Shown here piece after piece: positions 62,861 to 64,000 of a DNA stretch of 64,000 nucleotides. This stretch comes from a phage. Under the pieces are notes generated by a model that was not told the DNA's origin, did no database searches, and saw only the letters and a program-made list of their open reading frames with translations. Where the stretch lies: the sequence record PZ452594.1. One strand, written 5' to 3'. The translations under genes were made by a program, and so were the position numbers. How positions within the stretch are numbered: the first letter of the stretch is position 1; every line of letters begins with the position of its first letter.

Positions 62861-63013
62861 TCAATTAGTTGACTTTGTTATAATATCATCAGACGCTTGA
62901 TTTGTAAACTGGTCTGTGTTATTTTCTTCAAAAATTTTTTCTACGAATTCTTTGAACGACTCACGTTCCTGAGCTACATTATGCTCGATTACCTTTTCAA
63001 GATTATGACTCAT
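62861..63013 (-). CDS. Small acidic ORF (50 aa), absent from the ORF track
   Basis: Hand-translated MSHNLEKVIEHNVAQERESFKEFVEKIFEENNTDQFTNQASDDIITKSTN; ATG overlaps arn stop (ATGA). Confidence 0.35.
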   Translation of the reverse strand: MSHNLEKVIEHNVAQERESFKEFVEKIFEENNTDQFTNQASDDIITKSTN

Positions 63014-63288
63014 TCGAAATAATCTTCAATTTCATAATCATGGACATAAATCATTATAGTTTTTAATACATCATCAATACTTTTTCCTGGAGCTGGAATT
63101 ACGTAAAAATATCCTGCTTTTGAGAGGTCTTTATAAGTTCCAATTAAGAAATCATTATTCTCAAGATGTAGTTCTTCAACTAATTCATTAACAATTGAAT
63201 GGTATAAATTTGGTAGAAACTTATATAGCTTTTCTAGAATATCAATTTTGATTGTGTATTGAACCACGGACTGAGAATCAATAATCAT
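63010..63288 (-). CDS. arn: Arn, anti-restriction nuclease (92 aa)
   Basis: 92-aa acidic ORF next to asiA, N-terminus MIIDSQSVVQYTIKIDILEKLYKF. Confidence 0.8.
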   Translation of the reverse strand: MIIDSQSVVQYTIKIDILEKLYKFLPNLYHSIVNELVEELHLENNDFLIGTYKDLSKAGYFYVIPAPGKSIDDVLKTIMIYVHDYEIEDYFE

Positions 63289-63371
63289 AGACCTTCCCCT
63301 TATGTTTCTGTTTGCGATTAGATTCTTTAAACGCTTTCTTCTTATCCTTATGAACAGAAGCTTTATTAAAA

Positions 63372-63584
63372 TTATGTTTTGCGACTAAATTGTTCATAGT
63401 GCTGAATTACCTCTCTCAAACATTTGCATGTGAATGAAAACTTTTTAGCTACACCACATTCAAATATATGTTCTCTTAAATCGCGTGTATCGGTATATCC
63501 CATCTCAACAATAAAATGCCGTATTAGATTTTTATCATTGAGAGAATTAAAATAGTCAGATTTTGAATTAATTTCCCTGGCCAA
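63372..63584 (-). CDS. Hypothetical protein (70 aa; arn.x cluster)
   Basis: ORF upstream of arn. Confidence 0.5.
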   Translation of the reverse strand: MAREINSKSDYFNSLNDKNLIRHFIVEMGYTDTRDLREHIFECGVAKKFSFTCKCLREVIQHYEQFSRKT

Positions 63585-63864
63585 ATTGAATCACCTTCAG
63601 TTGACGTTTTAGCTCTTTTATCATTTCTTCGTTCATCGCAATATAAAGATCGCGTAAAGCAGGTTTTAGCATGTCATTTATTATAGAACTAAATGGGCAT
63701 ACATATTCTTTTCCTACAAGCTTTTTGGTGAATTCCATATCACAGAACTTAAATCCCGGCTCATTGGTATAAATTCCCCAATTAGTTGACATCATTTTAT
63801 TGGCATATTCTAGTGCCTGGATTTGATTCATAATTCCATCAATTTGAAACTTTTTAATATTCAT
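63568..63864 (-). CDS. Hypothetical protein (98 aa; arn.x cluster)
   Basis: ORF with GAGG RBS; start overlaps stop of the next upstream gene (TAATG). Confidence 0.5.
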   Translation of the reverse strand: MNIKKFQIDGIMNQIQALEYANKMMSTNWGIYTNEPGFKFCDMEFTKKLVGKEYVCPFSSIINDMLKPALRDLYIAMNEEMIKELKRQLKVIQFGQGN

Positions 63865-64000
63865 TAGTAAAGGTCCTCAGAGTAAAGTTCTTTTTCACTA
63901 CCACCACGTTCAATACGTACTTGTCCAGCGTAAGTTGCAATAATCATTGCTTCTTCACGTGTCCAATAATTACTATATTGGTCAATAAACCCTTGGTCAT
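63864..64000 (-). CDS. 3-prime end of an unidentified gene running off the window (partial)
   Basis: Open frame ending ...[34 protein letters not shown] then TAA at 63864-63866; no start within window. Confidence 0.45.
   Translation of the reverse strand, partial: DQGFIDQYSNYWTREEAMIIATYAGQVRIERGGSEKELYSEDLY

Noticed and set aside
63289-63397. Small basic ORF (~39 aa) overlapping the arn start in a different frame
   Set aside because: It overlaps two better-supported ORFs in different frames and has no clear RBS; noted in a finding but not annotated as a feature.

Overview
This window is a contiguous block of a T4-like (T-even, Tevenvirinae) myovirus genome, read entirely from sequence and from my recollection of T4 proteins; no database search was run. 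The plus strand carries late structural genes: tail sheath and tube (18, 19), portal and prohead core/scaffold/protease (20, 67, 68, 21, 22), major capsid and vertex (23, 24), uvsW, baseplate hub genes (51, 27, 28, 29, 48, 54), long tail fibre genes (34, 35, 36, 37, 38) and holin t. The minus strand carries early/middle genes: rnlB, hoc, inh, uvsY, 25, 26, two Alt-type ADP-ribosyltransferases, DNA ligase 30, rIII, 31, cd, pseT, a spanin pair, alc, rnlA, denA, nrdB, an HNH endonuclease, nrdA, td, frd, 32, 59, 33, dsbA, rnh, asiA and arn. Gene boundaries are marked by GC-rich tetraloop hairpins, TATAAATA late-promoter motifs, GTTTAC/TATAAT early promoters and MotA-box middle promoters. The ORF track accepts TTG/GTG starts, so several starts were moved to the downstream ATG that matches the known T4 N-terminus. 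I see no CRISPR array, tRNA, integrase or obvious new defence system. The candidates for novelty are local departures from canonical T4: a 115-aa ORF inserted at the normally overlapping frd/td junction, a second intact Alt paralog in tandem, intron-less td and nrdB beside a free-standing HNH endonuclease, a sigma-region-4-like 71-aa protein, a NADAR-like protein, and a T2-type gp37/gp38 host-range module.
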